Shown here: positions 27,564 to 37,097 of the stretch, in pieces
Numbering within the stretch: position 1 is the stretch's first letter
How the letters are laid out: every line of letters begins with the position of its first letter
NCBI GenBank assembly: GCA_005881175.1
Contig: VBEN01000015.1
Location: forward strand, 1-57,037
Source: Chloroflexota bacterium
Lineage (GTDB): Bacteria; Chloroflexota; Dormibacteria; CF-121
DNA length: 57,037 nucleotides
Direction of reading: 5' to 3'
Translations under genes and position numbers: made by a program
Notes under the pieces: model-generated
Seen by the model: only the letters and a program-made list of their open reading frames with translations
Told to the model about the DNA's origin: nothing
Database searches by the model: none

Positions 27564-27572
27564 ACTCTAGCA
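27564..27572 (-). promoter_or_regulatory. Putative extended -10 (TGcTAGAGT) for the ferredoxin gene
   Basis: The minus strand reads tgtgcTAGAGTgaattttccttaaaagaaATG, giving a short AT-rich leader with no obvious SD. Confidence 0.25.
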
Positions 27573-27705
27573 CAGGGTTGCGCACGTCCCGAGCGACGAT
27601 CGCCGCCAGCGTCACCTCGGTTGACGCTCCGCCACAGGACCGTCACAGATCGGTGCGTCGGCGTTTGAGGGCGGTGGGCAAGAGCAGGCTTACGGCCCGC
27701 GTTAC

Positions 27706-28620
27706 TTGTTCGTGGCCCTCCCAAGACCGGCTCCGGCACGCCGAGTGTTCCGGCCGGCCCGCCGGGTCTCGTGGGGCACACGGATCTTTGCCTTGCTCGT
27801 CTTCCTGGTAGCCGTGGGTGCCATCGGTGCCTTCCTGGAAGTCCTGCTGCCGCAACAGGTCGCCAAACTGGCCCAAATGGAAGCCAATGAGCTGGTCCTG
27901 GCTAGAACGGGGACGACCGAGGTTAATACCGCGGTTGCCGGGCTCTGGGCCGACCTCTCGCCAAAAGGCGCCATGGGTCTGAGCCCAGATCGCCTGTCGG
28001 CGGACCTGGCGCTGGCGAAGCGCACCGAACGGTCGGCGGACGACGCGCTCAGCCACGTGCAGGCCGCCCAGGCCTACATGGCGCAGGCGGATGGCCTGCC
28101 GTTCCAGTTTCACGCCCCGACATTCATCGCCCCGGATCGGGCCGCCGCGCAGCACCTCGAAAAAGCGCTGACCACGTCCATCAAGCTGTCCCACGCGGCC
28201 ACCTTGCAACTGACGCTCGCCGAGCATATGAGCCAGAACTCGCAGAGCCTCGCCAGCATGAACGCGAGCCTCAGCGCCCGAGACTGGACCAACGCAGCCC
28301 GGACGGCATCGACGATCACGACCGATCTCAAGTCCCAGCAGAGTCCATCAGGCGACCCGGAGGCCCTCCTTGATCCGCTCTGGACCAAATGGGTCGATGC
28401 CATGCTGGGCGTCTCCATCGCCGCGCAGCAGTACAGCCTCGCCTCGGCCGCCAACCAGGCGCAGCAGGCTCAGCAGGTAGGCCGGACGCTGGCCTCCGCC
28501 CGTGACCAGCTGGCCGCCAGTTTCGCGGCCGGCCAGAGCGGCGCCGCCGCCTGGCAGGCAAAGACGGTCCAGCCGATCCTCGATACCGTCGCCCGGGAAA
28601 CGACCGCCGGCAGCGCCTGA
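27706..28620 (+). CDS. Membrane-anchored Ala/Gln-rich hypothetical protein
   Basis: Has one TM segment (IFALLVFLVAVGAIGAFLEVLL) followed by a predicted helical A/Q/L-rich region. The start is uncertain. Confidence 0.5.
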   Translation: MFVALPRPAPARRVFRPARRVSWGTRIFALLVFLVAVGAIGAFLEVLLPQQVAKLAQMEANELVLARTGTTEVNTAVAGLWADLSPKGAMGLSPDRLSADLALAKRTERSADDALSHVQAAQAYMAQADGLPFQFHAPTFIAPDRAAAQHLEKALTTSIKLSHAATLQLTLAEHMSQNSQSLASMNASLSARDWTNAARTASTITTDLKSQQSPSGDPEALLDPLWTKWVDAMLGVSIAAQQYSLASAANQAQQAQQVGRTLASARDQLAASFAAGQSGAAAWQAKTVQPILDTVARETTAGSA

Positions 28621-28645
28621 CGCGTACGCGCCGGGACGCGCTCCG

Positions 28646-29785
28646 CTAGGGCCCTGCCAGCAGGTCCGGGGTCAGCTCGTCGAGACGGCGGACGCCAAGC
28701 AGGCTCATCGAGACAGCGATCTCCTCCCGCAAGATCTCGAGGAGACCGCGGACGCCGTCACCGCCGCCAACCGCGAGCGCCCACAAGTAGGGACGACCGA
28801 TCATGACACTTCGGGCCCCGAGCGCAAGCGCCTTGAGCACGTCGGTCCCCCGTCGGATGCCACCGTCGACTAACACCGGCACGTCGCCGCCGACCTCGTC
28901 GACGACCGCCGGCAGCGCGTCCAGGGTGGCGATCGAGTAGTCCAGCTGGCGGCCACCGTGGTTGCTGACGATGACGCCCCGGGCTCCGGCGCTGACGCTA
29001 CGCCGGGCATCGTCGGCCCGCACCACGCCCTTAACCAGTACCGGGAGGCGGGTGTGACCGGCGAGCCATTCGAGATCCTTAAACGTCAGGGCGTGATCCA
29101 GCTGGAAGCTGAAGTACTGGGCGAGCGCGGACTGCCCCAGATCCGCCGGCCCAGCTCTGGCGAGGGGCCCCACCAGGTTCTCGTACTGAAAACCTGCCGG
29201 CATGCCGAAGGCATTGCGCAAGTCACGCTCGCGCCGTCCCAAAATCGGCGTGTCGACCGTCAGGGCGATCGCCTGGTAGCCGGCGGCGGCGGCCCGGTCG
29301 ACCAGCTCGGTCGTGATGCCGCGGTCTTTAAACACATAAAGCTGGAACCAGCGCACGCCCGCGGCGCTGGCGACCGTCTCCATCGATGTCGTGGACAGCG
29401 TGCTCAGGCAGTAGACCACGCCGGCAGCCGTCGCGGCCTTTGCCGCGCCCAGCTCCCCATCTGGATGGGCCATCTTCTGAGTGGCGGCCGGGGCCAGTTG
29501 GACGGGCATGGCGAAGCGCTGGCCGAGCAATTCCAGGCTGAGATCGGGGTCTGACGCACCCGTCAGCACCCGGTACCGAAACCGCCAGCGCGCAAAGGCC
29601 GCCCGATTCCCGGCGAGGGCGGCTTCATCCTCGGCGCCCCCGGCAAAATAGTCGTAGATCCCTTTGGGCAGGATCGCGCGCGCCGCGACTTCGAAGTCCT
29701 CGGCCCGGACCGGAGGCGCATCGATGGCCGCTGCCGGCGTCGTCGACTCTGCCATGCCCCGCCAATTGTGGCGCGCCGAAGCCAC
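28646..29785 (-). CDS. FMN-dependent alpha-hydroxy-acid oxidase/dehydrogenase (L-lactate/glycolate oxidase family)
   Basis: Contains VSNHGGRQLD and GGIRRGTDVLKALALGA. Divergent from the lactate permease gene. Confidence 0.85.
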   Translation of the reverse strand: MASARHNWRGMAESTTPAAAIDAPPVRAEDFEVAARAILPKGIYDYFAGGAEDEAALAGNRAAFARWRFRYRVLTGASDPDLSLELLGQRFAMPVQLAPAATQKMAHPDGELGAAKAATAAGVVYCLSTLSTTSMETVASAAGVRWFQLYVFKDRGITTELVDRAAAAGYQAIALTVDTPILGRRERDLRNAFGMPAGFQYENLVGPLARAGPADLGQSALAQYFSFQLDHALTFKDLEWLAGHTRLPVLVKGVVRADDARRSVSAGARGVIVSNHGGRQLDYSIATLDALPAVVDEVGGDVPVLVDGGIRRGTDVLKALALGARSVMIGRPYLWALAVGGGDGVRGLLEILREEIAVSMSLLGVRRLDELTPDLLAGP

Positions 29786-29836
29786 AATATGTAACCCTTA
29801 GGTGGAACCGAAGCGGGGGAAGGAGGTACCCTCGTC

Positions 29837-31756
29837 ATGAACGAGGCGCTTGCGGTCCTCGCGTTTCATCAGGTCTACGATCCGGTCGGCGGCAATATCG
29901 CGCTGTCAGCGTTGATTGCTGGGGTCCCGCTCTACATCCTGTTCATCATGCTGGCCGTGCTGCGTCTGCCAGCCTGGATTTCGGCACTGGTGGCGATGCT
30001 CTCCGCGGCTGTGCTCGCTGCCCTGGTCTGGGGGATGCCGCTCGGTCTCGATGCCTCGGCCACCACCGAGGGCATGGCAAATGGCTTGTGGCCAATCAGC
30101 TGGATCGTCCTCAACGCCGTCTTCTTCCACAACCTGACCATTGCCAGTGGCGACTTCGATGTCATCCGGCGCTCTCTCACGCGTTTGACGGAAGACCGGC
30201 GTGTCCAGGCCCTGCTGGTGGCTTTCTGTTTCGGTGCTCTCATGGAAGGCATCGCCGGTTTCGGCGCCCCGGTCGCCATCTCAGCGGCGATCCTGGCCAG
30301 CCTCGGATTCGAGCCCATCAGCGCGGCCGTGCTCGCCCTGCTTGCCAATACCGCGCCGGTGGCGTTTGGATCCATCGGCATCCCGGTCGTCACCCTCGGG
30401 CTGCTGACCGCCCCCATCATCGGCCACGGCGCCGCGGATCAGACGCCTGTGACGCTGGCGCTCTCGGCCATGGTTGGCCGGCAACTCCCGGTGTTCTCCA
30501 TCATCATCCCGGCCTTCTTGATCGTCGTCCTCGCCGGCTGGCGGCGAATGCTCGAAGTCTTGCCGGCCGTGCTAGCGGCCGGGGTTGTCTTCGCCATCGT
30601 GCAATTCCTGGTCTCGAATTTCATCGGCCCCGAGCTCACCGATGTGCTCGCCGCGCTGGTGTCGATGGCGGCCGTCGCCCTGTTACTTCGGGTCTGGAAG
30701 CCGCGGACGCTCTGGGGCTTCGCCGCCGATCGCGACGCGGCGGCGGCCGGCGGCACGGCCCGGCTTCGAAGCGTCGGCGCCGCGGTTGCCCAGGCCGTCG
30801 ATCCGCCGGGCCGGATCGTGCGCGCCTACATGATGTACGTCATCCTGGTGGTGGTGATCTTGATCGGCCAGATGGGCAACCTGCCATTCTTTTCCGGTAG
30901 TCCACCCGGCAATGTCAAGAACGCGCTGCACACCCCGGCGAACATCACCGCCGACTTCAAGTGCGGCCAGCCGGCATACAAGCTTTGTCCCAATCCATGG
31001 ATCGGCCCCAGTCCGACGAAGGACGCGGGCGCCTTCAAGTTTCCGTTCTGGCGGTTCCAGTGGCCCGGCAGCTACAGCGGCACCTCGGCCAAGCCCAAGC
31101 CCGAGATTTTCCAGGAACCGAAGATTGTCACCAAGTCCACGCCATATCCCGTCACCTTCACCTGGGACTTCCTGTCGGCGGCCGGTAGCCTGGTGCTCTT
31201 TGCGTGCATCTTCGCCTTCATCGTGATGGCGATCCGAGGTGCGCCGTTGCGGCTGTTCTTTACGACCTATGGACGCACGCTGCGCCAGCTGGCCCTCCCC
31301 ATCATGACCATCGCGTTCATCCTGGGGATTGCCGCGGTCATGAACTTCTCCGGCATGACGTCCACCCTTGCGTTACTGATGGCGAATGCTGGCGGATTCT
31401 TCCCCTTCTTCTCTGCCGTCATCGGCGCGCTGGGCGTCTTCTTGACCGGGAGCGACACCGCATCGAACACGCTGTTCGGCCCGATGCAGGCGATCACCGC
31501 CAAGCAGATCGTGATCGGCGGGCACCACCTCAACCCAATCCTGACCGCCGGGACGAATTCCTCCGGTGGCGTGATGGGCAAAATGATCAGCCCCCAGAAT
31601 CTGTCCGTCGGGGCGGCGGGTGTCAACCGGGTAGGCGCGGAGGGCGAGATCTTCCGCCGCACTATCGGCTATAGCCTGATCCTCACGGCCGCCGTCGGCA
31701 TCGTCGCCATGATCGAGGTCTACCTGATCCCGGGGATCATCCCAACGCTCAGTTAG
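29837..31756 (+). CDS. lctP: L-lactate/glycolate permease (LctP family)
   Basis: 639 aa polytopic protein with GFGAPVAI and a TGSDTASNTLFG motif. It is longer than I recall for typical family members. Confidence 0.9.
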   Translation: MNEALAVLAFHQVYDPVGGNIALSALIAGVPLYILFIMLAVLRLPAWISALVAMLSAAVLAALVWGMPLGLDASATTEGMANGLWPISWIVLNAVFFHNLTIASGDFDVIRRSLTRLTEDRRVQALLVAFCFGALMEGIAGFGAPVAISAAILASLGFEPISAAVLALLANTAPVAFGSIGIPVVTLGLLTAPIIGHGAADQTPVTLALSAMVGRQLPVFSIIIPAFLIVVLAGWRRMLEVLPAVLAAGVVFAIVQFLVSNFIGPELTDVLAALVSMAAVALLLRVWKPRTLWGFAADRDAAAAGGTARLRSVGAAVAQAVDPPGRIVRAYMMYVILVVVILIGQMGNLPFFSGSPPGNVKNALHTPANITADFKCGQPAYKLCPNPWIGPSPTKDAGAFKFPFWRFQWPGSYSGTSAKPKPEIFQEPKIVTKSTPYPVTFTWDFLSAAGSLVLFACIFAFIVMAIRGAPLRLFFTTYGRTLRQLALPIMTIAFILGIAAVMNFSGMTSTLALLMANAGGFFPFFSAVIGALGVFLTGSDTASNTLFGPMQAITAKQIVIGGHHLNPILTAGTNSSGGVMGKMISPQNLSVGAAGVNRVGAEGEIFRRTIGYSLILTAAVGIVAMIEVYLIPGIIPTLS

Positions 31757-31769
31757 CAGACACGTTGCT

Positions 31770-31806
31770 CCCTCCCCCCTTGCGGGGGAGGGTCGGGGTG
31801 GGGGGG
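31770..31806 (+). other. GC hairpin (9-bp stem) overlapping a four-tract G-run, between lctP and glcD
   Basis: The hairpin is ccctccccc-cttgc-gggggaggg. The G-run motif is GGGGG-A-GGG-TC-GGGG-T-GGGGGGG at 31784-31806. There is no U-tract. Confidence 0.4.
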
Positions 31807-31811
31807 TAGGC

Positions 31812-33299
31812 TTGAACAGGATGGATGCGGCCACTCGCGAGCGACTGCTGGGCCGGCTTCGCGCCGTCGTCGGCGACCGCTACGCCTTTGCCGATCCCTA
31901 TGAAGTCCGGCTCTACCAGTACGATGCCAGCCCCGAGACGGCGCTGCCTGACGTTGTCGTGATTCCTGGAACGGCCGCCGAGGTGGCGCAGGTAGTCAAG
32001 ATCTGCGCCGATGCGGAGGTGCCGATCACCGCCCGCTCCGCCGCCAGCAGCCTGGCCGGCGGGACGGTGCCGGTCCAGCGCGGTGTCGTGATCACCTTCG
32101 CCAGGATGGATCGGATCCTGGAGATCGACGCCGACAATCTACGCGCGGTGGTGGAGCCCGGCGTCGTCAATCTATCCCTGAGCCAGGCGCTGCGGCCGCA
32201 CGGCTATTACTACGTTCCGGACCCATCCAGCCAGGGCGCCTGCACCATCGGCGGCAACGTCGGTACCAACGCCGGGGGTCCCCATACCCTCCTCTATGGC
32301 GTCACCGTCAACCACGTGACCGGGCTCGAGCTTGCATTGGCGTCTGGCGAACTCGTCCAGGTCGGCGGACGCAAGGCCGGTAGCGCGAGCGGATACGACC
32401 TGACCGGATTGTTTGTCGGGTCGGAGGGCACCATGGGGATCGCTACCAAGATCTGGGTCAAGATCCAGCCGCTCCCGCCGGTGCAGAAGACGCTGATGGC
32501 GGTGTACCCGGATGTCGAAACCGCCAGTAACGCCGTTTCCGCCATCGTGCGGAGTGGCATCCTTCCAGCAGCCATCGAGATGATGGACAAACTCTCGATC
32601 CAGGCGATCGAGGCCGCCTCCCATGCCGGCTATCCACTGGATGCCGGCGCCGTCCTCCTCCTGGAGGTCGATGGCATTCCAGAGCTGGTCGAGGAATTGG
32701 GGGAGCGGATGGCGAAGGTCTGCCGCGAGAGTGGGGCGAGTGAGGTTCGCGTCGCCAAGGACGAGGCTGAGCGCCAGGCACTGTGGAAGGGACGCAAAGG
32801 AGCGTTCTCGGCGATGGGCCGGTTATCGCCGGACTTCTACGTCATGGACGGCGTCGTGCCCCGCACCAAGTTGCCCGAAACGCTGGCAAAAATCGATGCC
32901 ATCAGTGCCCGTACCGGCTACAAGATCTGCAACGTCTTTCACGCGGGCGACGGCAACCTGCATCCCCTCGTGCTGTTCGACGCGTTCAAGCCCGGCCAGT
33001 ACGAGGCCGTCCTTCGGATCGGCGACGAGATCTTGAAGCTGTGCGCGGACGCCGGCGGATCGGTGACCGGGGAGCACGGAATCGGGCTGGAGAAGCGGGA
33101 GAACATCCGATACATCTTTTCGGACGATGATCTCGAGGTGATGGATCGGATCCGCCATGTGTTCGATCCCCACGGCCTGATGAATCCAGGAAAAGTCTTC
33201 CCGGGCGAAGTGGTCGAGGGCTCGGCGCCATCGAGAGCGCCGGACCATGCACCACGACGGGCGGCCAACGTCGCGGGCGGGGACGAAATATGGGTCTGA
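31812..33299 (+). CDS. glcD: Glycolate oxidase / D-lactate dehydrogenase FAD-linked subunit GlcD
   Basis: FAD-binding PCMH domain plus a FAD-oxidase C-terminal domain (GGSVTGEHGIGLEK). ATG 31821 is an alternative start. Confidence 0.9.
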   Translation: MNRMDAATRERLLGRLRAVVGDRYAFADPYEVRLYQYDASPETALPDVVVIPGTAAEVAQVVKICADAEVPITARSAASSLAGGTVPVQRGVVITFARMDRILEIDADNLRAVVEPGVVNLSLSQALRPHGYYYVPDPSSQGACTIGGNVGTNAGGPHTLLYGVTVNHVTGLELALASGELVQVGGRKAGSASGYDLTGLFVGSEGTMGIATKIWVKIQPLPPVQKTLMAVYPDVETASNAVSAIVRSGILPAAIEMMDKLSIQAIEAASHAGYPLDAGAVLLLEVDGIPELVEELGERMAKVCRESGASEVRVAKDEAERQALWKGRKGAFSAMGRLSPDFYVMDGVVPRTKLPETLAKIDAISARTGYKICNVFHAGDGNLHPLVLFDAFKPGQYEAVLRIGDEILKLCADAGGSVTGEHGIGLEKRENIRYIFSDDDLEVMDRIRHVFDPHGLMNPGKVFPGEVVEGSAPSRAPDHAPRRAANVAGGDEIWV

Positions 33300-34552
33300 A
33301 CGCGCGCGTGGCGGCACTGCCCGGGCATGAGATCACGGTCGAAGAACAGCAACCGTTTCGTGTCGACGATCTGCTGCCGTCCAGGGTGGTGCGTCCGGCT
33401 GATGCGCAGGACGCGGCGCGCGGACTGCGGCTCTGTGACCTGGCCCCCACCGCCGTCGTGATCTGGGGCGGCGGAACGCAGATGCGGCTTGGCGCCGCGC
33501 CGCGACGCTATGAGGTCGCCCTCTCGACGGAACGGATGAGCCGCTTGCTGGAGTATGAGCCCGCCGACCTTACCTGCCGGGTCGAGGCTGGTATGCGACT
33601 GCGAGACTTGCAGGAGGCGCTGCTGGCGCAGGGGCAGCGTCTTCCGCTGGAGCCGCCTCATCCGGATCGCGCCACGGTCGGTGGGATGCTGGCGGCGAAC
33701 GCCAATGGGCTCGGGCGCGCGCGCTACGGCACAGTCCGCGACTGGGTGATCGGGATTGCGGTCGCCTATCCGTCGGGAAAGCTGGCCCGAGCCGGTGGCA
33801 AGGTGGTGAAGAACGTCGCCGGCTATGACCTGATGAAGCTGCACATCGGCGCGCTTGGCACGCTCGGCGTCATTGCTGAGGTGAACTTCAAGGTTCAGAC
33901 TCGACCGCAGGTCGAGGCGACGCTCATCGCCCACCTCGACACTCCGGCAGCCGCAGTCGACACGGGAACAGCGCTGGCACGCCAGTATCTCGCGCCGGCG
34001 GCCGCCGTGGTGCTCGACCAGAGCGCGCTGAAGGATTGCGGGATGACCGCTGACTGGCGATGGACACTCGCCCTAAAGTTCGAAGGGTATGCCCGCGAAG
34101 TCGAGGCGGCGCGGGACAAGGCCACCAGCCTCATCCGCGCGGCCGGGGGCCGAGTGGAGGGCGACGACGTTCCGTCGCGCTTTTGGCACGCTGCCCGGGA
34201 CTGGTCGGCGCCCGATGGGGACCTGGTCGTCGTGCGCGCCATCGTTCCCTTGACGGCCATCCACGCGATCTTCGGTGTTCTGCCGGAGGATTCCCAGGTG
34301 ATGGCCCAGCCTGCCGCAGGCCTGGTCGACGTGCGGGTCCCGGCGGCTTTCGCAGCATCGATCCTGCGGCGGCTGCGAACCGCTGGCGGCGACCAGGGCC
34401 AGGTCATCGTGGCGGCGGCGCCGGCCGCGGTCAAAAAGGAACTCGACGTCTGGGGACCGCCCCCGCCAGGCTTTCCGATCATGCGCGCGCTCAAACAGGC
34501 CCTTGACCCGAACGGCATCTTGAACCCCGGGCGGTTCGTTGGTGGGATCTAA
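33290..34552 (+). CDS. glcE: Glycolate oxidase FAD-binding subunit GlcE
   Basis: Second PCMH-type FAD domain (KNVAGYDLMKLHIGALGTLGVI). Overlaps the glcD stop. Confidence 0.8.
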   Translation: MGLNARVAALPGHEITVEEQQPFRVDDLLPSRVVRPADAQDAARGLRLCDLAPTAVVIWGGGTQMRLGAAPRRYEVALSTERMSRLLEYEPADLTCRVEAGMRLRDLQEALLAQGQRLPLEPPHPDRATVGGMLAANANGLGRARYGTVRDWVIGIAVAYPSGKLARAGGKVVKNVAGYDLMKLHIGALGTLGVIAEVNFKVQTRPQVEATLIAHLDTPAAAVDTGTALARQYLAPAAAVVLDQSALKDCGMTADWRWTLALKFEGYAREVEAARDKATSLIRAAGGRVEGDDVPSRFWHAARDWSAPDGDLVVVRAIVPLTAIHAIFGVLPEDSQVMAQPAAGLVDVRVPAAFAASILRRLRTAGGDQGQVIVAAAPAAVKKELDVWGPPPPGFPIMRALKQALDPNGILNPGRFVGGI

Positions 34553-34558
34553 CCACCG

Positions 34559-35917
34559 ATGACCGAGCTGGCCACCCTCGATTTCAAGCGGCAAATCGAC
34601 CGCGACGGTGTACCGAGCCCGGCGGCGGGCATCGACATGGACCTGGTGCGCGACTGCATCCACTGCGGACTCTGCCTCCCGAAATGTCCTACCTTCCGAA
34701 TCCTGCATCACGAGGGCGACAGCCCGCGCGGACGCATGTGGCAGATCAAAGAAGCCGCGCTCGGGTTGGTGGCCTTCGACGACCCGCGATTCCAGGCGCA
34801 CGTCTATCAATGCTTTAACTGTCGAGCCTGCGAGACGGCCTGCCCTTCGGGTGTCCAGTTCGGATCGGTGATGGAGATGGCCCGCGCGCTGACCCCGCCA
34901 CAGAACCGACGGGATCGGATGGTGCGAGCCATCCTCCTCAACGGATTGTTGCCGCATCCCCGACGCCTGCGGGTCACCGGCTGGTTCTACCGCGCGGCGC
35001 GCGCGGCGCGCCTTCCGGGTCTGTTGCGCCGCACCGGCGCCTGGAAGGTGCTACCGCTCGGCAAGTTCGCGGCGTTCCCGCCGGTCGGCGACAGCGCGCC
35101 GCGCCAGCCGCGGTTGCCGGCGTTGACCCCGGCGGAGGGAACACGCCGCGCCCGCGTCGGCCTGCTGACCGGGTGCATCCAGGACGAGATGTTCCATGGC
35201 ACGAATCGGCGCACGGCACTGGCCCTGGCGCGCAACGGTTGCGACGTGGTCGTGCCGGACGCGCGGCTCTGCTGCGGTGCCCTGGCTTCGCATGCTGGCG
35301 AGGCGCAAACGGCGGAGCGGCTCGCGGCGCGTACCATGGATGCCTTTACCGGCCTGCAGCTCGATGCCGTCGTCGTCAACGCCGCGGGCTGTGGCTCGAA
35401 CATGAAGGAGTACGAGCTCCAGCTCCGCAATGACGCGCAGCGGCGCGAGGCGGGCGCCGCTTTCTCGCGAACGGTCAAAGATGCCTCGGAATTCCTCGTG
35501 GAGCTGGGTCTCCGCCCGCCCGCCCGACGGATCACATTGCGGGTCGCTTACCAGGATCCGTGCCACCTGGTGCACGGCCAGAAGGTGCATCAACAGCCGC
35601 GTCAGGCGTTGACGATAATCCCCGGCCTCGAGCTGGTGGAGATGAAGGAGTCCGACTGGTGCTGCGGCTCCGCCGGGGTCTACAACCTGACACACCCTGA
35701 GATCTCCGAGGCGGCGCTCGCCTCGAAGGTGGGGCATATCATCGACTCGGGCGCGCAGGTGATCGCCTCAGCCAATCCCGGCTGCATCCTGCAGATTTCG
35801 ATGGGACTGCAGCGGGCCGGCCGCGACATCCCCGTCGTGCATGTCATGGACCTGCTCGGTTGGGCCTACGGCGACGAGGGGCAGGAGCCGCCCATCGTCC
35901 GCCGGGCCATGGCGTGA
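34559..35917 (+). CDS. glcF: Glycolate oxidase iron-sulfur subunit GlcF
   Basis: Contains CIHCGLCLPKCP and CFNCRACETACP, plus two CCG domains (RLCCGAL, DWCCGSAG). Confidence 0.85.
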   Translation: MTELATLDFKRQIDRDGVPSPAAGIDMDLVRDCIHCGLCLPKCPTFRILHHEGDSPRGRMWQIKEAALGLVAFDDPRFQAHVYQCFNCRACETACPSGVQFGSVMEMARALTPPQNRRDRMVRAILLNGLLPHPRRLRVTGWFYRAARAARLPGLLRRTGAWKVLPLGKFAAFPPVGDSAPRQPRLPALTPAEGTRRARVGLLTGCIQDEMFHGTNRRTALALARNGCDVVVPDARLCCGALASHAGEAQTAERLAARTMDAFTGLQLDAVVVNAAGCGSNMKEYELQLRNDAQRREAGAAFSRTVKDASEFLVELGLRPPARRITLRVAYQDPCHLVHGQKVHQQPRQALTIIPGLELVEMKESDWCCGSAGVYNLTHPEISEAALASKVGHIIDSGAQVIASANPGCILQISMGLQRAGRDIPVVHVMDLLGWAYGDEGQEPPIVRRAMA

Positions 35918-37097
35918 GTGGGGCCGCCCTCGCCGAGCCCCGTCCGTTCGAAGATCCCTGGCTGGACGATCTGGCCGGTCAGATCTGGTCGAAGCCGGAG
36001 TTCTCGATGGTGCCGATCGATTACGAAGCCGTGCCCCGGGGACCATACAGCGGCGCGCGACTCGACGAGCGCGGGCAACGCGTTGTCTTCTGCGGAATCC
36101 CGTCCGATTACGGCACCGCATTCCTGCTGCACCTGATCGGGAAACGCGTCAACATCGTGGCGGCCGTCTGTAGCACACGATGGCAGCGAACCCACCCCAA
36201 GACGGACCTGATCGCGCGAATTGCCGGCCACCTCGGCCGTCCCGTCGAGATCACGGCCAATGCCAATGCCGAAACCTTTGTGCGTTCGCTGCGCGCCTAT
36301 CAGCCTGACCTGGTCGTGATGGCCAGCTTCGACCAGATCCTGGCATCGGACACACTCGCCGTCCCGTCTCGGGGATGGTTGAATATCCATCCCTCGCTCT
36401 TGCCTCGGTGCGCGCCTATCAGCCTGACCTGGTCGTGATGGCCAGCTTCGACCAGATCCTGGCATCGGACACACTCGCCGTCCCGTCTCGGGGATGGTTG
36501 AATATCCATCCCTCGCTCTTGCCTCGGCACCGGGGGCCCGAGCCCATTTACTGGACGATCGCGAACGGCGACCGCGAGGCGGGGATCACCGTCCACCTCA
36601 CGGAGCCTCGGATCGATGCCGGTCCGATCCTTGCGCAGCGCCGTGTGGACGTTTTCGACGGCGAGACCGCTGGCAGTCTCAGCAAGCGGCTGGTTGCGGA
36701 AGGCCTGTCGGCGCTTGACGAGACGCTCGATGGCGTGAGCTCGGGTGGGGCAAAGCCAGTCGCGAATGAATCTGAAGCCGCGAGCTACGAAGGTCCCGTT
36801 CGCCAGATTGGAATCGACTGGGATCAGCCGTTCGCGCAGATCGATCGCCTGGTGCGTGCCGGCCATCCCGATCAGCCCCCCTACTTCACCTATCGCGGTC
36901 GTCGCCGGTACATCTACGCGGTTCGACGTGTCAAGTCGGATGCCATCAGCGAAGCGACTGGGGCAGGGCCCCGAGCGCCGGCCCCGTGGGTGGGCGGGCC
37001 CGGGGACGAGATGCTGGCCATCGTCCGTTACAACTCGAAAGCACCGGCCGCGGCTGCGACCGGCCGTATAATGGGTCTCACATGGCTCAGGAAATGA
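35914..37097 (+). pseudogene. Formyltransferase-family gene (Fmt-like N- and C-terminal domains) frameshifted by a 119-bp tandem duplication
   Basis: Track ORFs 35860-36438 and 36375-37097 both encode RAYQPDLVVMASFDQILASDTLAVPSRGWLNIHPSLLPR. Deleting one repeat copy gives one 1065-nt (354-aa) ORF from GTG 35914, which overlaps the glcF stop as GTGA. The NIHPSLLPRHRG catalytic motif is present. Confidence 0.8.
36290..36527. repeat. Perfect 2 x 119-bp head-to-tail tandem duplication
   Basis: Segments 36290-36408 and 36409-36527 are identical base-for-base on manual comparison. The flanking bases differ at both ends. Confidence 0.97.
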
